64,000 bases of DNA from Squalus acanthias. Its lineage: Eukaryota. Below, in pieces: positions 1 through 11,921 of the stretch. The stretch is taken from assembly GCA_030390025.1 (NCBI GenBank), contig CM059432.1:8556001-8620000 (forward strand), in the 5' to 3' direction. The notes under the pieces are model-generated. The model made no database searches. It saw only the letters and a list, made by a program, of their open reading frames with translations, and was not told the DNA's origin. Made by a program: the position numbers and the translations under genes. How positions within the stretch are numbered: the stretch's first letter is position 1; every line of letters begins with the position of its first letter.

Positions 1-134
1 CAGTATTTATGTGGCTGATCCAGTTAAGTTTCTGGTCAATGGTGACCCCCAGGATGTAGATGGGGGGGGGATTCGGTGATGGTAATGCCATTGAATGTCA
101 AGGGGCGGTGGGTAGACTCCCGCTTGTTGGAGAC
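1..134 (-). mobile_element. Fragment of LINE family B (same family as 16310-18218)
   Basis: Resembles the reverse complement of 17525-17652. Confidence 0.7.
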
Positions 135-142
135 TAACTAAT

Positions 143-805
143 GGCAGGACAGGTAGATAAGGCGGTTAAAAAGGCATATGGGATACTTGCCTTCATTAGC
201 AGAGGCATAGAATAGAAGAGCAGAGAGGTTATGATGGAGCTGTATAAAACGTTGGTTAGGCCACAGCTGGAATACTGTGTGCAGTTCTGGTCACCACACT
301 ATAGGAAGGATGTGATTGCATTGGAGATGGTGCAGAGGAGATTCACCAGGATGTTACCTGGGCTGGAGCGCTTCAGCTATGAAGAGAGACTGGACAGGCT
401 GGGGTTGTTTTCCTTAGAGCAGAGAAGGCTGAGGGGGGACCTGATTGAGGTGTACAAAATTATGAGGGGCATAGATAGGGTAGATAGAAAGGAACATTTC
501 CCCTTAGTAGAGGGGTCAATAACCAGGGGGCATAGTTTCAAGGTAAGGGGCAGGAGGTTTAGAGGGGATTTGAGGAACAACTTTTTCACCCAGAGGGTGG
601 TTGCAATCTGGAACTCACTGCCTGAAAGGGTGGTAGAGGCAGGAACCCTCACAACATTCAAGAAGCATTTAGATGAGCACTTGAAGCGCCATAGCATAGA
701 AGGCTACGGACCAAGTGTGAAAAATGGGATTAGAATAGACAGGGCTTGATGGCCGGCGCGGACACGATGGGCCGAATGGCCTCTTTCTGTGCTGTATAAC
801 TCTAT
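143..805 (+). mobile_element. 5'-truncated CR1 LINE, (CTCTATGA)n-tail subfamily; tail resumes at 1706 after the MITE
   Basis: ORF 231-749 has the CR1 ORF2 C-terminal motifs [27 protein letters not shown] and FFTQRVV; 3'UTR ends GGGCCGAATGGCCT...CTCTAT. Confidence 0.92.
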
Positions 806-1705
806 GGGGGAAAAAATTCAGTATCGCCCCGTTTGGGGCGCAATTATCGGCCGGGCACAAAGATTAGCGCCTGGCGCTAATTATCGCCTCTGACTGCAAA
901 CTTGACTTTTATCGCCCCTGGAGGTGATTGGAGCGCTAAATCAGGCGCTACACATCTGTCTTAAGGCGCAAAGGCCGAGGAGCGAGGCGCTAACTCAGAG
1001 CACTGGCGAAGCTCATGTGATGTCAGTCAGCAATGGAAAACAGACACAATGGCGCCAGCCAGTTCTTAAAGGGGTGGGTTGATCTTGCTTTCCATTCACA
1101 TCCTGCTCATTGCAGCCTTGAATCTTGGCCTGGAGAGACCTGTACATCAAATCTGCTGGAAAGAACAATGGAGAGGCCCAGGGAAAGAGCTCAGAGTGCA
1201 ACCCCCACAGACTCTTCTAAATCGATACAAGGAAGGGCAAATCAAAATGAACCTGCAAAGTGCTGCTCAGTACCCAAAACTCCTTCACACAGCGTTGAAT
1301 CTCTCCAGAAGTCTCTCTCTCTCTCTCTCTCTCTCAGAATGCGTGGTTCAAAAATGTCACCAACAAAAAAAGGCAGGAAGCGGTCGCCTTTAAATAGTGC
1401 TCCCCCAGTCCCTTCCTGACTGCAAAACGCTCCCCTCAACCTGTCGTTGCTAGCGGCAGGCGGTAAGGCAGGGGACGCCACTCAATATCCACTCCGGGGC
1501 GCTGCCGGGGCGTTGCGCACTCGACTGACGTCACGATCTGCCGGCGCAGGAGATCGTGGCGGTAGTGTTTAGCGCCGCCGCAAAATGTCTCGTTAATTTT
1601 GTGGGCGGCGCAAACATCGCCGCGCCCGGGTGCTAGTTGCTTTGTGCCCCAGTAGCGCCCTGTTAAGGCGCTAACAGGAGGCGCAACCAACTGAATTTTT
1701 CCCCC
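806..1705. mobile_element. Non-autonomous PIF/Harbinger-type MITE, family A
   Basis: TIRs GGGGGAAAAAATTCAGT / ACTGAATTTTTCCCCC, 3-bp TSD TAT, second copy inverted at 38425-39313. Confidence 0.88.
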
Positions 1706-1724
1706 TATGATTCTAATTGTCACT

Positions 1725-1970
1725 AACAGAGTGAGGTAAAAGGTTCGGAGGAATTTATTAGAGCATGCAATGCTTTGCCACATATAATAGTTGAAGCAGA
1801 GAACTTTGCACCTTTTAAGATGAAAGTGGATAAACATTTGAAGTGAAGGAAGATACAGAGGACTGAGCGGGGTAGTGGGATTCGCTGTGAATCGTTCCAG
1901 CAGAGAGCTGGCACAGACATGGTGAGTCAAATGGCCTCCTTCAATGCTGTGAAGTTCTCTGGTTCCATGA
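1725..1970 (+). mobile_element. Old CR1 3' fragment
   Basis: Degenerate CR1 3' end (GAGCTGGCACAGACATGGTGAGTCAAATGGCCTCCT). Confidence 0.6.
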
Positions 1971-2454
1971 CTTAACCTATAAGAAGTGGTCAGATTTCAA
2001 CAGCTATGTAACTGTTTTGCTGGGTATCTGGGAAAGATTTCAGTAAAGCCTTTATCATAAGCAGTACAAGGATTGTTTTGTCTGTACTCTGACTGCGGGA
2101 ATATTCCACATTTCAACAAAGGGAATGACACGGCACAGAGTTGAAGTAAATGTGCAAGAGACCAAACTTGCTTTCTTTTTTTTATTTCTTTCATTATTAT
2201 TTGCTCTCTGGAATGTTTATGTTTGGCATATATTCTGCATTGCCACCACAAATCTCCTGGAGATTCATCATGCGGTGAGGCTGGGAGGACAGTAAAGCGA
2301 ATGATGAAGGCTATACTGTCCAATTACGTCTTCATTAAAAAATAAAGCCGTCTGTCCCTTCAACAGAATCTTTTTAATGAGCAGAGATATCTATAGGAAT
2401 CCCTGGTGGGCCATGAGGTTGAAGGGAAACCAGCTTGAGACTGCAACTCTCACC

Positions 2455-2678
2455 TAACACTTCCACACGCAAAAGGGTGGTAGGTGTTTGGAACTGTCTT
2501 GCGCAAACGGCAGCTGGTGCTAGATCAATTGTTCATTTTACGTCTGAGATGGATAGATCTCTGTTAACCAAAGGCATGAAGAGATATGGGGCAAAGGCGG
2601 TCACAGATCAGCCATGATCTCATCGAATGGCGGCACAGGCTCGAGGGGCTAAATGGCCTCCTCCTCTTCTTATGTTCC
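2455..2678 (+). mobile_element. Old CR1 3' fragment
   Basis: RVVGVWN motif; GATCAGCCATGATCTCATCGAATGGCGG...TTATGTTC tail. Confidence 0.75.
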
Positions 2679-2839
2679 TCTTACTCTAATTCATCTCAAG
2701 CTACCCCTATTGTTTGGTTTTAATAGGCCAGATTAATAAAGTACTAAGCAGTCATCCCGCACAGATATCCTACAGTGCTAATTCCAATATTGTCATAACG
2801 CAGGCAGGGGCTAATAGTACACTGTAGATGGATGATAAT

Positions 2840-3818
2840 GGGCTGAATCTTGCTGGAACAATGACAGCGTGTTAACGACGCATGCCATTGTTAATGTGCA
2901 AATCAGCCAGCAAGTTCAGGGGATGAAGAGATAAGGCGTGATTTGCTAATCTCCAGAACTTGCTGGTTGATTTTCACCACTCCGCTGTTAACTTTGCACA
3001 AACGGCATTTCGTCCTCAGCACTCCCCGTTATTTTTAAGAACTTACGGATTTGCACATTAATTGCCTGTTAAACTCACCGCAGATTTGACTGTAATTCAC
3101 CCTATTTCCTTCTCCATTGTCCCTCTGTTTCTTTCCCAATTCTTAAATTTTGTTGCTTCAGGAGATACACTGTTGGTCCCGTCGTCCACCAATGGGCCCC
3201 AGATGCCCCAGCATCGAAGCTTTGACCACGCTCGATCAGCTCCGATGGACGGGCCACATCATCCGCATGCCCGATACGAGACTCCCAAAACAAGCGCTCT
3301 ACTCGGAGCTCCGACATGGCAAGAGAGCCCCAGGTGGGCAGAGGAAACGCTTCAAGGACACCCTCAAAGCCTCCTTGAAAAAGTGTAACACCCCCACCGA
3401 CACCTGGGAATCCCTGGCCCAAGACCGCACAAAGTGGAGGAGAAGCATCCGGGAAGACGCCGAACACCTCGAGTCTCTTCGCCGGGAGCAAGCGGAAACC
3501 AAGCGCAAACAGCGGACGTCAACACAAGCACCCCACCCACCCACCCTTTCAACCACCGTCTGCCCCACCTGTGACAGAGACTGTAGGTCCCGCATTGGAC
3601 TCATCAGTCACCTGAGAACTCATTTTTAGTGTGGAAGCAAGTCATCCTCGGTTCCGAGGGACTGCCTAAGAAGAAGAAGATGCCCCGATGCCCGTGCCGT
3701 TATCAGCTTGCACTTCCAGCAACTTACACCGTAAAAAATCTTTGAGCTGAAGGATGCAGAAAAATGTCTAACTAACTGGGCGCGCCGCGAGATGCCCCTC
3801 TCCAGCAAGATCTGGCCC
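2840..3818. mobile_element. Harbinger-type MITE, family B, containing an RTE insertion
   Basis: TIRs GGGCTGAATCTTGCTGGA / TCCAGCAAGATCTGGCCC, TSD AAT; related copy at 35573-36306. Confidence 0.8.
3210..3677 (+). mobile_element. 5'-truncated RTE-clade LINE
   Basis: QLRWTGHIIRMPDTRLPKQALYSEL...RKRFKDTLK motif, C-terminal CPTC..SHLRTH finger, (AAG)n tail, TSD AGATGCCCC at 3201-3209 and 3678-3686. Confidence 0.9.
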
Positions 3819-4512
3819 AATGAAGCTCAGCATCAGGGAAACGGATCTCTGAAGTTGCTCATTTAGTGTATTGTATGAGGGAAAAGAACGGAGAGGCATA
3901 ATTTGTGTCCATGCCCTGTTCTAACTCCCGGACAGATGAGCTGAGTCTAATTCTGAAATGCGGATTTGATGATGTTTTCATTTTGCAACATTGAAACGTA
4001 TCGTCTTCTTCGGAAATCCAGAGGCGAATGCTTTTTATCATCGGAACAGCCTACACAGCTGGATTGGACAGAGCAGTGGGTCATCTCTGGATCCCGGGTT
4101 CCAATGTAAGAAAAGCTTTATCTTTCGGGTGAGTGTTTCCTGTCTCTGTTGACTGAACGAGTCCTACGTTAAATGAATTGAAGCAAACTCGACCCAATAG
4201 GCGTGACATAATTACTTATAATTACTCATTTGTATTTCAATGGCTCTTTCACTAAGTGTCCCATTGATAGAGCAGATTGGGTTCTTTTGAGATTTGGGGT
4301 TAAGGCATTCTAACAGGGGGTAAGACACTTCACCAGGTGCCGGTGTTGCTTTCAGGTTCCTGGACTAACACCTTTTTTTTGAACACTAGATGGATCTTTA
4401 AATTGACTTTGCCAAGCATCTGGGTATTTTACTGTGGTTCTCTAATGGCCCGCGCCAATGGCGGAAATATCGGCCCAGAATTTCCTGGCGTCTTGTGCCT
4501 TTGGACTGGCAA

Positions 4513-4648
4513 AAAGAAGAGATTTGCAGGGCTACGGGGAAAGAGCAGGGGGGGGAGCGGGACTCAATGGATGGCTCTTTCAAAGAGCCGGCACAGGCAT
4601 GATGGGCCGAATGGCCTCCTTCTGTGCTCTAATCATTCTACAATCTAC
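4513..4648 (+). mobile_element. CR1 3' tail fragment
   Basis: GCAGGGCTACGGGGAAAGAGCAGG...GATGGGCCGAATGGCCTCCTTCTGTG. Confidence 0.7.
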
Positions 4649-5054
4649 GACGTTGGATTCGTTTTACACCCGTAAAAGTCCCAGGCAGTTATGGCGTGGG
4701 GGAGTTATGCCGTTATTTGCATAATTCCCTGGGACGTTCGCGCCGCTCCATCAATACCCTGAAAAATTAATTATTGTCGCTCTGCCCACCGGTCAAGTCA
4801 ATGGTCATCGCAAGTTTCCTGGATTTATGCCGGTCTTCTCACCGGGGCCGCTCTGACCGAATGGTGCGGGTGAATGTATTTGAATTCATGAGTTCCATAG
4901 GATTGATTAAAGTAAAATAAAATCACTGATATTTTTAATTCATAGCTAAAACCCATCCAAACACTACTTCTTCATCATTGTGTGTTATGTTTAATGTGCT
5001 TTGTGTGTGCATGGTGTGGGGCAGAAGTGCCTACAGATGCCATTGATAAAGGTG

Positions 5055-5252
5055 AGAAGTCGCACAACACCAGGTTATAGTCCAACAGCTTTATTTGAAA
5101 TCACAAGCTTTCGGAGCGCTGCTCCTTCGTCAGGTGACGAAGGAGCAGCGCTCCGAAAGCTTGTGATTTCAAATAAAGCTGTTGGACTATAACCTGGTGT
5201 TGTGCGACTTCTTACATTTGTCCACCCCAGTCCAACACTGGCATCTCCACAT
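5055..5252. mobile_element. Penelope-like family 2 fold-back terminal-repeat insertion
   Basis: Perfect 78-bp inverted arms (5055-5132 / 5135-5212), 40-nt tail, TSD CATTGATAAAGGTG; the same repeat follows GIY-YIG remnants at 37238 and 45147. Confidence 0.85.
5101..5137 (-). ncRNA. Minimal type I hammerhead ribozyme motif (PLE family 2)
   Basis: TCAC-CTGACGA-A-GGAGC agc GCTCC-GAAA-GC-TT-GTGA. Confidence 0.7.
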
Positions 5253-5300
5253 CATTGATAAAGGTGAGAGTGAGGGGGAAAATTTGTTCAGGCCTGTTTT

Positions 5301-5980
5301 CAACAATAATTTGCATTTATATAGCGCCTTTAACGTAGTAAAATTTCCCAAGGCGCTTCAAAGGAGCGATTATCAAACAAAATTTGACACCGAGCCACAT
5401 AAGGAGATATTAGGACAGGCTTGTTCACCGAGGTAGGTTTTAAGGAGCATCTTAAAGGAGAAGAGAGAGGTAGAGAGGAGCATAGGTTTAGGCAGGGAAT
5501 TCCAGAGCTTAGGGCCTTGGCAACAGAAGGCACGGCCGCCAATGGTGGAGCGATGAAAATTGGGCATGCACAGATGCCAGAATGGAGGTGCGCAGAGATC
5601 TCGGAGGGTTGTAAGGCTGGAGGAGGTTACAGAGATAGGGAGGGCCGAGTCTATGGAGTGATTTGAAAACAAGGATCAGAATTTTAAAATCGAGGTGTTG
5701 CTTTCAAAGGCAAGTTCAAAATGTAGGTCAGCGAGCGCAGGGGTGATGGGTAAACGGGACTTGGCGGGGACCAAAGACAATGGCTTTGGTCTTCCCAATG
5801 TTTAATTGGAGGAAATTTCTGCTCAGCCTGGATGTCGGACAAGCAGTTTGACAAATCAGAGGCAGTGGAGGGGTTAAGGGAGGTGGTGGTGAGGTAAAGC
5901 TGGGTATCATCAGCGTACATGTGGGACTTTACGCTGTGTTTTCGGATAATGTCGCCGAGGGGCAGCATGTCGAGGAGAAA
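5301..5980 (-). mobile_element. L2-clade LINE 3' fragment
   Basis: [12 protein letters not shown] motif; tail AGGCGCTATATAAATGCAA(A)TT(GTT)n. Confidence 0.85.
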
Positions 5981-5982
5981 CA

Positions 5983-6283
5983 GGGCCCGAAATTTTCGAC
6001 ACGCTCTCAGCGTGCATCAGAAGCTGGAGGGCCGCCCGAGGCTCGTTTCGAAATTGGATCTCAAGCCTGATCCTGAGGCAGCTACAGCAGTGATGCTCAG
6101 ATAGGTCCTGGGAGGCAAAAGGCAATGGGGGAGGAAGGGATGGGCGGGGGGGGGGGGGGGTTGCGGTGGGGAGCAGCCTTCTGTCATCCTGTGGAGCCGA
6201 GGGGGGGCACTCCAGCTCTCCTGACTCCACAGGAGATAAAACTTACCTTCGTGTTGGCGGGCTTCAGCAGTCCCTTTAAGGAC
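5983..6283. mobile_element. One-ended Harbinger-type MITE fragment
   Basis: Begins GGGCCCGAAATTTTC; has ACTTACCT and CCCTTTAAG motifs shared with other MITEs; no second TIR seen. Confidence 0.45.
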
Positions 6284-6335
6284 CCAAGTTCTGACCTTAT
6301 GACAAAGGAAAGGTCATTGATGAAGCAGCTGAAGA

Positions 6336-6880
6336 TCATGGAATCATGGAATCTCACAGCACAGGAGGAGGCCATTCGGCCCCTCGTGCCTGTGCCGGCT
6401 CTTTGAAAGAGCCGTCGTGCTCAGTCCCACATCCCCGCTTTTTGTCCGCAACCCTGTGAGTCCCTCATCCTCAAAAACCCGTCCAACTCCCTTTCTACCA
6501 CCTTTTCAGGCCGAGCGTTCCAGATCCGACTATTCTCTAATTGAAAAAAATTCTCCTCATCTCCCCTCGAGATCTTTTACCAATGATTTTAAATCTATGA
6601 CCTCTGGTTATTGACCCACTCGCCAGAGGGAACAATTTTTCTCTATCTGCTCTATCAAAACCTCTCATCATCTTGAAAACCTCTATTAGGTCTCCTCTTA
6701 ACCTTCTCTGTTCCAAGGAGAACAGTCCTAACTTTTCCAACCTCTCCTCATAACTGAAGCCCCTCATCCCTGCTAACATCCTGGTGAACCTCCACTGCAC
6801 CCTTTCTAAGGCCTTTACATCTTTCCTGAAGAGTGGTTCCCAGAAATGTCCACAATACTCCAACTGAGGCCTAATCCAGT
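6336..6880 (-). mobile_element. CR1 3' fragment
   Basis: ORF 6537-6995 contains RPQLEYCGHFW and RLRGDLIEVFK; (TTCCATGA)n tail. Confidence 0.85.
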
Positions 6881-7234
6881 GGTTAGATTGCAGTTGCTTC
6901 CCTGAGGAACTCCTGCAGTGATGTCCTGGGGGTGTGATGACTGGCCTCTGGCTGGGGAGTCTAGAACTAGGGGACCATGGTCTTTTTTTTTGCATCAGGT
7001 ATGACTGTAACCACTGGAGTGATTTCTCCTTGACTTATAATAACTTCTGTTTTGGTAGGGCTCCTTGGTGCCATTCTCAGTTGAATGCTGCCCTGCCGTC
7101 AAGGACAGCTACTCTCACCTCTCCTCTGGTATTCCGGTACAACCTTCATGTTTGTGTTGATATCCTGACAAGTGCTCCCTATGAATGCCATTCCTAGCCG
7201 GATGAGCCTCATCAGGGAATCAATTCTTTGATAT

Positions 7235-7975
7235 CATAAGAACATAAGAAATAGGAGCAGGAGTAGGCCATATGGCCCTTCGAGCCAGCTCCGACATTCA
7301 ATAATATAATGGCTGATCTTCTACCTCAACTTCACCCTCCCGCCCTATCCCCATATCCCTTGATTCCCTTAGTATCCAAAAATCTATCAACCTCTGTCTT
7401 GAATATACTCAACGACTGAGCATCCACAGCCTCTGGGGTAGAGAATTCTAAAGATTCACAAAACGCTGAGTGAAGAAATTTCTCCTTAGCTCAGTCCTAA
7501 ATGGCCGACCCCTTATTCTGAGACTGTGACCCCTAGTTCAAGACTCCCCAGCCGGGGGAAACATCCTCCCTGCATCTACCCTGTCAAGCTCGTTAAGAAT
7601 TTTATATGTTTCAATGAGATCACCTCTCATTCTCCGAAACACTAGAGAATATAGACCTAGATTTAAAAAATTCTTTCATGCGATGTGGGCGTCGCTGGCA
7701 AGGCCAGCATTTATTGCCCATCCCTAAGTGCCCTCGAGAAGGTGGTGGTGAGCTGCCTTCTTGAACCGCTGCAGTCCGTGTGGTGAAGGTACTCCCACAG
7801 TGCTGTTAGGGAGGGAGTTCCTGGATTTTGACCCAGCGACGATGAAGGAACGGCCGATATATTTCCAAGTCAGGATGGTGTGTGACTTGGAGTCTACTCA
7901 ATCTCTCCTCATAGGACAATCCCCTCATCAGTCTAGAAAACCTACATTGCACTCCCTCTAAGGCAAGTATATCCC
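7235..7975 (-). mobile_element. CR1 3' fragment interrupted by a LINE-B 3' end (about 7665-7891, minus)
   Basis: (TTCTTATG)n tail at 7235; insert matches the 3' end of 16310-18218; AGACCTA/AGTCTA flanks. Confidence 0.8.
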
Positions 7976-8704
7976 TTCCTATTTCAAGTGGTTAATGGAA
8001 TCAACTCAACAGTGAGAATTCGTCCCAGTCTGCGCTCATTTTCTCATATCTATAATTATTTATAAATGATGTTAACAACATAGTTGCCGTGCTAATGCTA
8101 AAAGTACATTACAAGTGGCACAGAAATATATACTGTGAAGACTGAGAGAGGCTGTTGTGGTGTCATGGCTTGTGAATAATACTGATACATGGTTCACAAG
8201 AGGATATAAATAGGGATTCATTTCGCAACTCTAACGCAGAATTGATGATGGAATTTAGAGACTAGTATTATAATAGCACCAAATGAGGCATTTATCAGGG
8301 AATGAGTGCCTTCTTGAGACAGCTTTCCACACTCCAGAGGAGCCAAGGAGAGCCCTAAGCCTGACGCCAAGACCAATTCAGATAATTAGATGAGCATTTC
8401 TAAACTCAAGGGGAGGCTCAAGAAGATGCTCGTGCCATCGAAACACTTTTTAAAATCTGCTGCTGAATTACAGGGACTGGGCTTTTGGTGGCAGGATGCG
8501 TGTATCTTTGGTTAGATCTTCCTGCACCAAGTGGTGCATGAGGCTTATTCCTTCCACTGCTTTCTATCCAGACGAAGATATCTGACTGTGATCGGTGGAA
8601 ACCAGGCTGGGGGTGGGGGGGGGGGCGTGGGTGGTGGGCGGAAGCAGGGGACTCATGCACTCCTTTCCCGCCCATATCTGGCTGACTGCAATTCCAGAAT
8701 AAAC

Positions 8705-8960
8705 TTTTTGATTGCTTTCTGTACCTGTCTGCTAGCTTTTAACGATTTGTGTACATGGACTTCCCAATCGATTTGCTCCTCTGCAGTTTCTCACTATTTA
8801 GAACATCCTCCGATTGATTTTTCTTGGGTCTGAAAGTGGATGACCTCACACGTGCCCACATTGAACTCCAATTGCTATAGTTTCGCCCACTCACTCAATC
8901 TGTCTACTTCCCTTTGCAAAAATACCCGCTCCCATCTACACTACTTGCTGCACCTCCTAA
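8705..8960 (-). mobile_element. Old CR1 RT fragment
   Basis: Degenerate match to CR1 RT thumb region (AAGTGGATGACCTCACAC...CATTGAACTCCA). Confidence 0.6.
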
Positions 8961-9322
8961 CTTCAGTCATGACTGTTCCCCTCCCCAGGGATTCCTAGGA
9001 AATGCGAAGGAGTTAGAGACCCAGTGCCTTGGGTATCCATCCCTTTATATTTTTTTTATTCGTTCATTGGGTGTGGGTGTCGCTGGCAAGGCCAGCATTT
9101 ATTGTCCATCCCTATTTGCCCTCGAGGTGGTAGTGAGCTGCCTTCTTGAACCACTGCAGTCGCGGTTTGGTACAACTGAGTGGCTTGCTAGGCCATTTCA
9201 GAGGGGCAGTTAAGAGTCAACCACCTTGCTCTGGGCCTGGTGTCACATATCGGCCAGACCGGGTAAGGATGACAGATTTCCTTCACTAAAGGACATTAGT
9301 GAACCAGATGGATTTTTATGAC

Positions 9323-11197
9323 GTAACAACAGAAAGTGCTGGAAACACTCAGCAGGTCAGGCAGCATCGCGGGGAGGAGAAACAGAGTCAACGTTTAGAG
9401 ACGGGGACCCTTTGTCAGAACTGGGAAAAGGTTAGGGAGGAGAGATTTTTAAGCAAGGGCAGGGAGGAGGGGAGGAAAGAACAAAGGGAAGGTCTGTGAT
9501 TGGATGGAAGGCAGGAGAGATTGACTGACAAAAGGGATGATGGTGCGAGGCAAAAGGAGATGGTAATGGGATGAGTTAAGAAACAAAAGATGGCTCTGGA
9601 TGATGTGTGAATGATGATGGCAGCAACATTAACAGCTACCATGTGAGATAACAAGAGAAAAAAAATATAAAGAAAGACAGGTTATAGTCTGAAATTGTTG
9701 AAATCGATATTAAACACAGAAAATGCTGGAAATACTCAGCAGGTCAGGCAGCATCTGTGGAGAGAGAAACAGAGTTAATGTTTCAGGTCGATGACCCTTC
9801 GCCAGAACTGACAGAAACAGGGTTAACGTTTCAGGTCGATGACCCTTCATCAGAACTGACGAAGGGTCATCGACCTGAAACGTTGACTCTGTTTCTCTCT
9901 CCACAGATGCTGCCTGACCTGCTGAGTGTTTCCAGCATTTTCTGTGTTTATTTCAGATTTCCAGCATCTGCAGTATTTTGCTTTTGTATTGTTGAACTTG
10001 ATGTTCAGTCCAGAAGGCTGTAAAGTGCCTAATAGAAAGATGAGGTGCTGTTCCTCGAGCTTACATTGAGCTTCGTTGGAACAGTGTAAGAGGCCGAGGA
10101 CGGAGAGGTCAGAGTGGGAGTGGAGCGCAGAGTTAAAGTGACAGATGACTGGAAGCTCGGGGTCATGCTTGCGGACTGAACGGAGGTGTTCCGCAAAGCA
10201 ATCACCCAATCTGCGTTTGGTCTCCCCAATGTAGAGGAGACCGCATCATGAGCAGCGAATACAGTATACTAAATTGTAAGAAGTACAAGTAAATCGCTGT
10301 TTCTCCTGGAAGGAGTGTTTGGGGCCCTGGACGGTGGGAAGGGAGGAGGTAAAAGGGCAGGTGTTGCATCTCCTGCACTTGCATGGGAAGGTGGCGGGCG
10401 AAGGGGAAGGGGTGTTGGGGTGGTAGAGGAGTGGACTAGGGTGTCGCGGAGGGAATGGTCCCTTCGGAATGCTGAAAGAAGGGGGGAAGGGGAAGATGTG
10501 TTTGGTGGTGGGATCACGCTGGAGGTGACGGAAATGGCGCAGGATGATCCGTTGAATGTGAAAGCTGGTGGAGTGAAAGGTGAGGACAAGAGGAACTCTA
10601 TCGTGGTTCTGGGAGGGAGGGGAAGGGGTGAGAGCAGAAGTGCGGGAAATCGAGGGCCATGTCAACCACGGTAGAAGGGAATCTTCGGTTGAGGAAAAAG
10701 GAAGACATACACTAGTATGGAAGGTGGCATCGTCAGAACAGATGCGGCGGAAATGGAGAAACTGGGAGAATGGAATAGAGTCCTTACAGGAAATGGGGTG
10801 GGAGGAAGTGTAGTCCAGGTAGCTGTGGGAGTCAGTGGGCTTGTAGTGGATGTTGGTCGATAGCCTATCGCCAGAAATGGAGACAGAGAAGTCGAGGAAG
10901 GGAAGGGAAGATTCGGAGATGGACCATGTGAAGGTGAGAGAAGGGTGGAAATTGGAAGCAAAATGAATAAAATTTTCTAGTTCAGGGCGAGAGCAGGAAA
11001 CGGCACCGATACAGTCATCAATGTACCGGAAAAAGAGGTGAGGGAGGAGACCTGAGAAGGACTGGAACAAAGAATGTTCCACATAGCCCACGAAAAGGCA
11101 GGCATAGCTAGGACCCATGCAGGTACCCATAGCAACACCTTTAATTTGGAGGAAGTGAGTGGAGTCAAAGGAGAAGTTGTTCAATGCGAGAACAAGT
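9323..11197 (-). mobile_element. 5'-truncated Penelope-like element family 1 (RT plus GIY-YIG endonuclease pseudogene)
   Basis: GVAMG and FRYIDD RT motifs, YKPTD, VYCIRCS*CGLLYIGET GIY-YIG motif, EH..SV and HFN motifs; frameshifts and stops. Confidence 0.9.
9712..9987. mobile_element. PLE family 1 fold-back terminal-repeat unit with three hammerhead motifs
   Basis: Inverted arms around 9852-9856; CTGAnGA-AGGGTCATCGACCT-GAAACGTT occurs twice on minus (one with a mutated core) and once on plus. Confidence 0.8.
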
Positions 11198-11562
11198 TCA
11201 CGACAATCCAATAGTTTGATGGTCACTGATACTAGCTTTTCAATTCCAGATTTATTTAATTAACTAAAATTAAATTCCCCAGCTGCTGTGTTGGGATTGA
11301 AATCACGTCTCCAGATTATTACTCCAGGCCACTGGATTTCTAGTCCAATAACATAACATACCGTACCCTACTTTATCCTCGACTTTTTCTTCTGACATCT
11401 GAGTGCTTCCTGGGTGCTTAGGAAAGGAAAATCTAAAATTTGAACTTGCCCAGTTTTGAATCACTGGCTGGAGAGAGCAAGACAATAAAAGGATAGAAAT
11501 AACAACAGACAATGCTGCAATTGGAGAAGAGTCAGATTTCTGATTCAGGTAATGTTAATATG

Positions 11563-11757
11563 TCTGTGGAGAGAGAAACAGAGTTAACATTTCAAGTTGA
11601 TGAACTTTCGTCAGAACTGGTTCTGACGAAGGGTCATCGACCTGAAACGTTAACTCTGTTTCTCTCTCCACAGATGCTGCCTGACCTGCTGAGTGTTTCC
11701 AGCATTTTCTGTTTCTATTTCAGATTTCCAGCATCCGCAGTATTTTGCTTTTGTATT
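11563..11757. mobile_element. PLE family 1 fold-back terminal-repeat insertion
   Basis: Inverted arms around 11618-11620; hammerhead motif GGTT-CTGACGA...GAAACGTT-AACT; imperfect TSD TAATG(T/A)TAAT(A/C)TG. Confidence 0.78.
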
Positions 11758-11921
11758 AATGATAATCTGCCTTTGCTCTTTCCATGTGCTGTCTGCTCCT
11801 AGCAGTTTTGTTTTTACTTTCAATATTTGCATGTTTTCTTATTACTCTATAGCACATAGAATCCCTGATAAATATTCTAAATACCGTTACCCTTCCTATT
11901 AAGAAACCTAGCTAAGTGTCA

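Larger units (their letters stand above)
9051..11369 (-). mobile_element. tRNA-headed SINE (MetaSINE-like core, LINE-B 3' tail) split by a Penelope insertion
   Basis: Head at 11369-11198 matches 16310-16370; core CTGGTTCACTAATGTCCTTTAGTGAAGGAAATCTG...GGTTGACTCTTAACTGCCCCTCTGA at 9320-9165; LINE-B tail at 9160-9051. The Meta-domain assignment is from memory. Confidence 0.65.

Noticed and set aside
3165..3205. 5' inversion of the RTE insertion
   Set aside because: The sequence belongs to the MITE (it matches ~35710-35745 rc), and the TSD places the RTE start near 3210.
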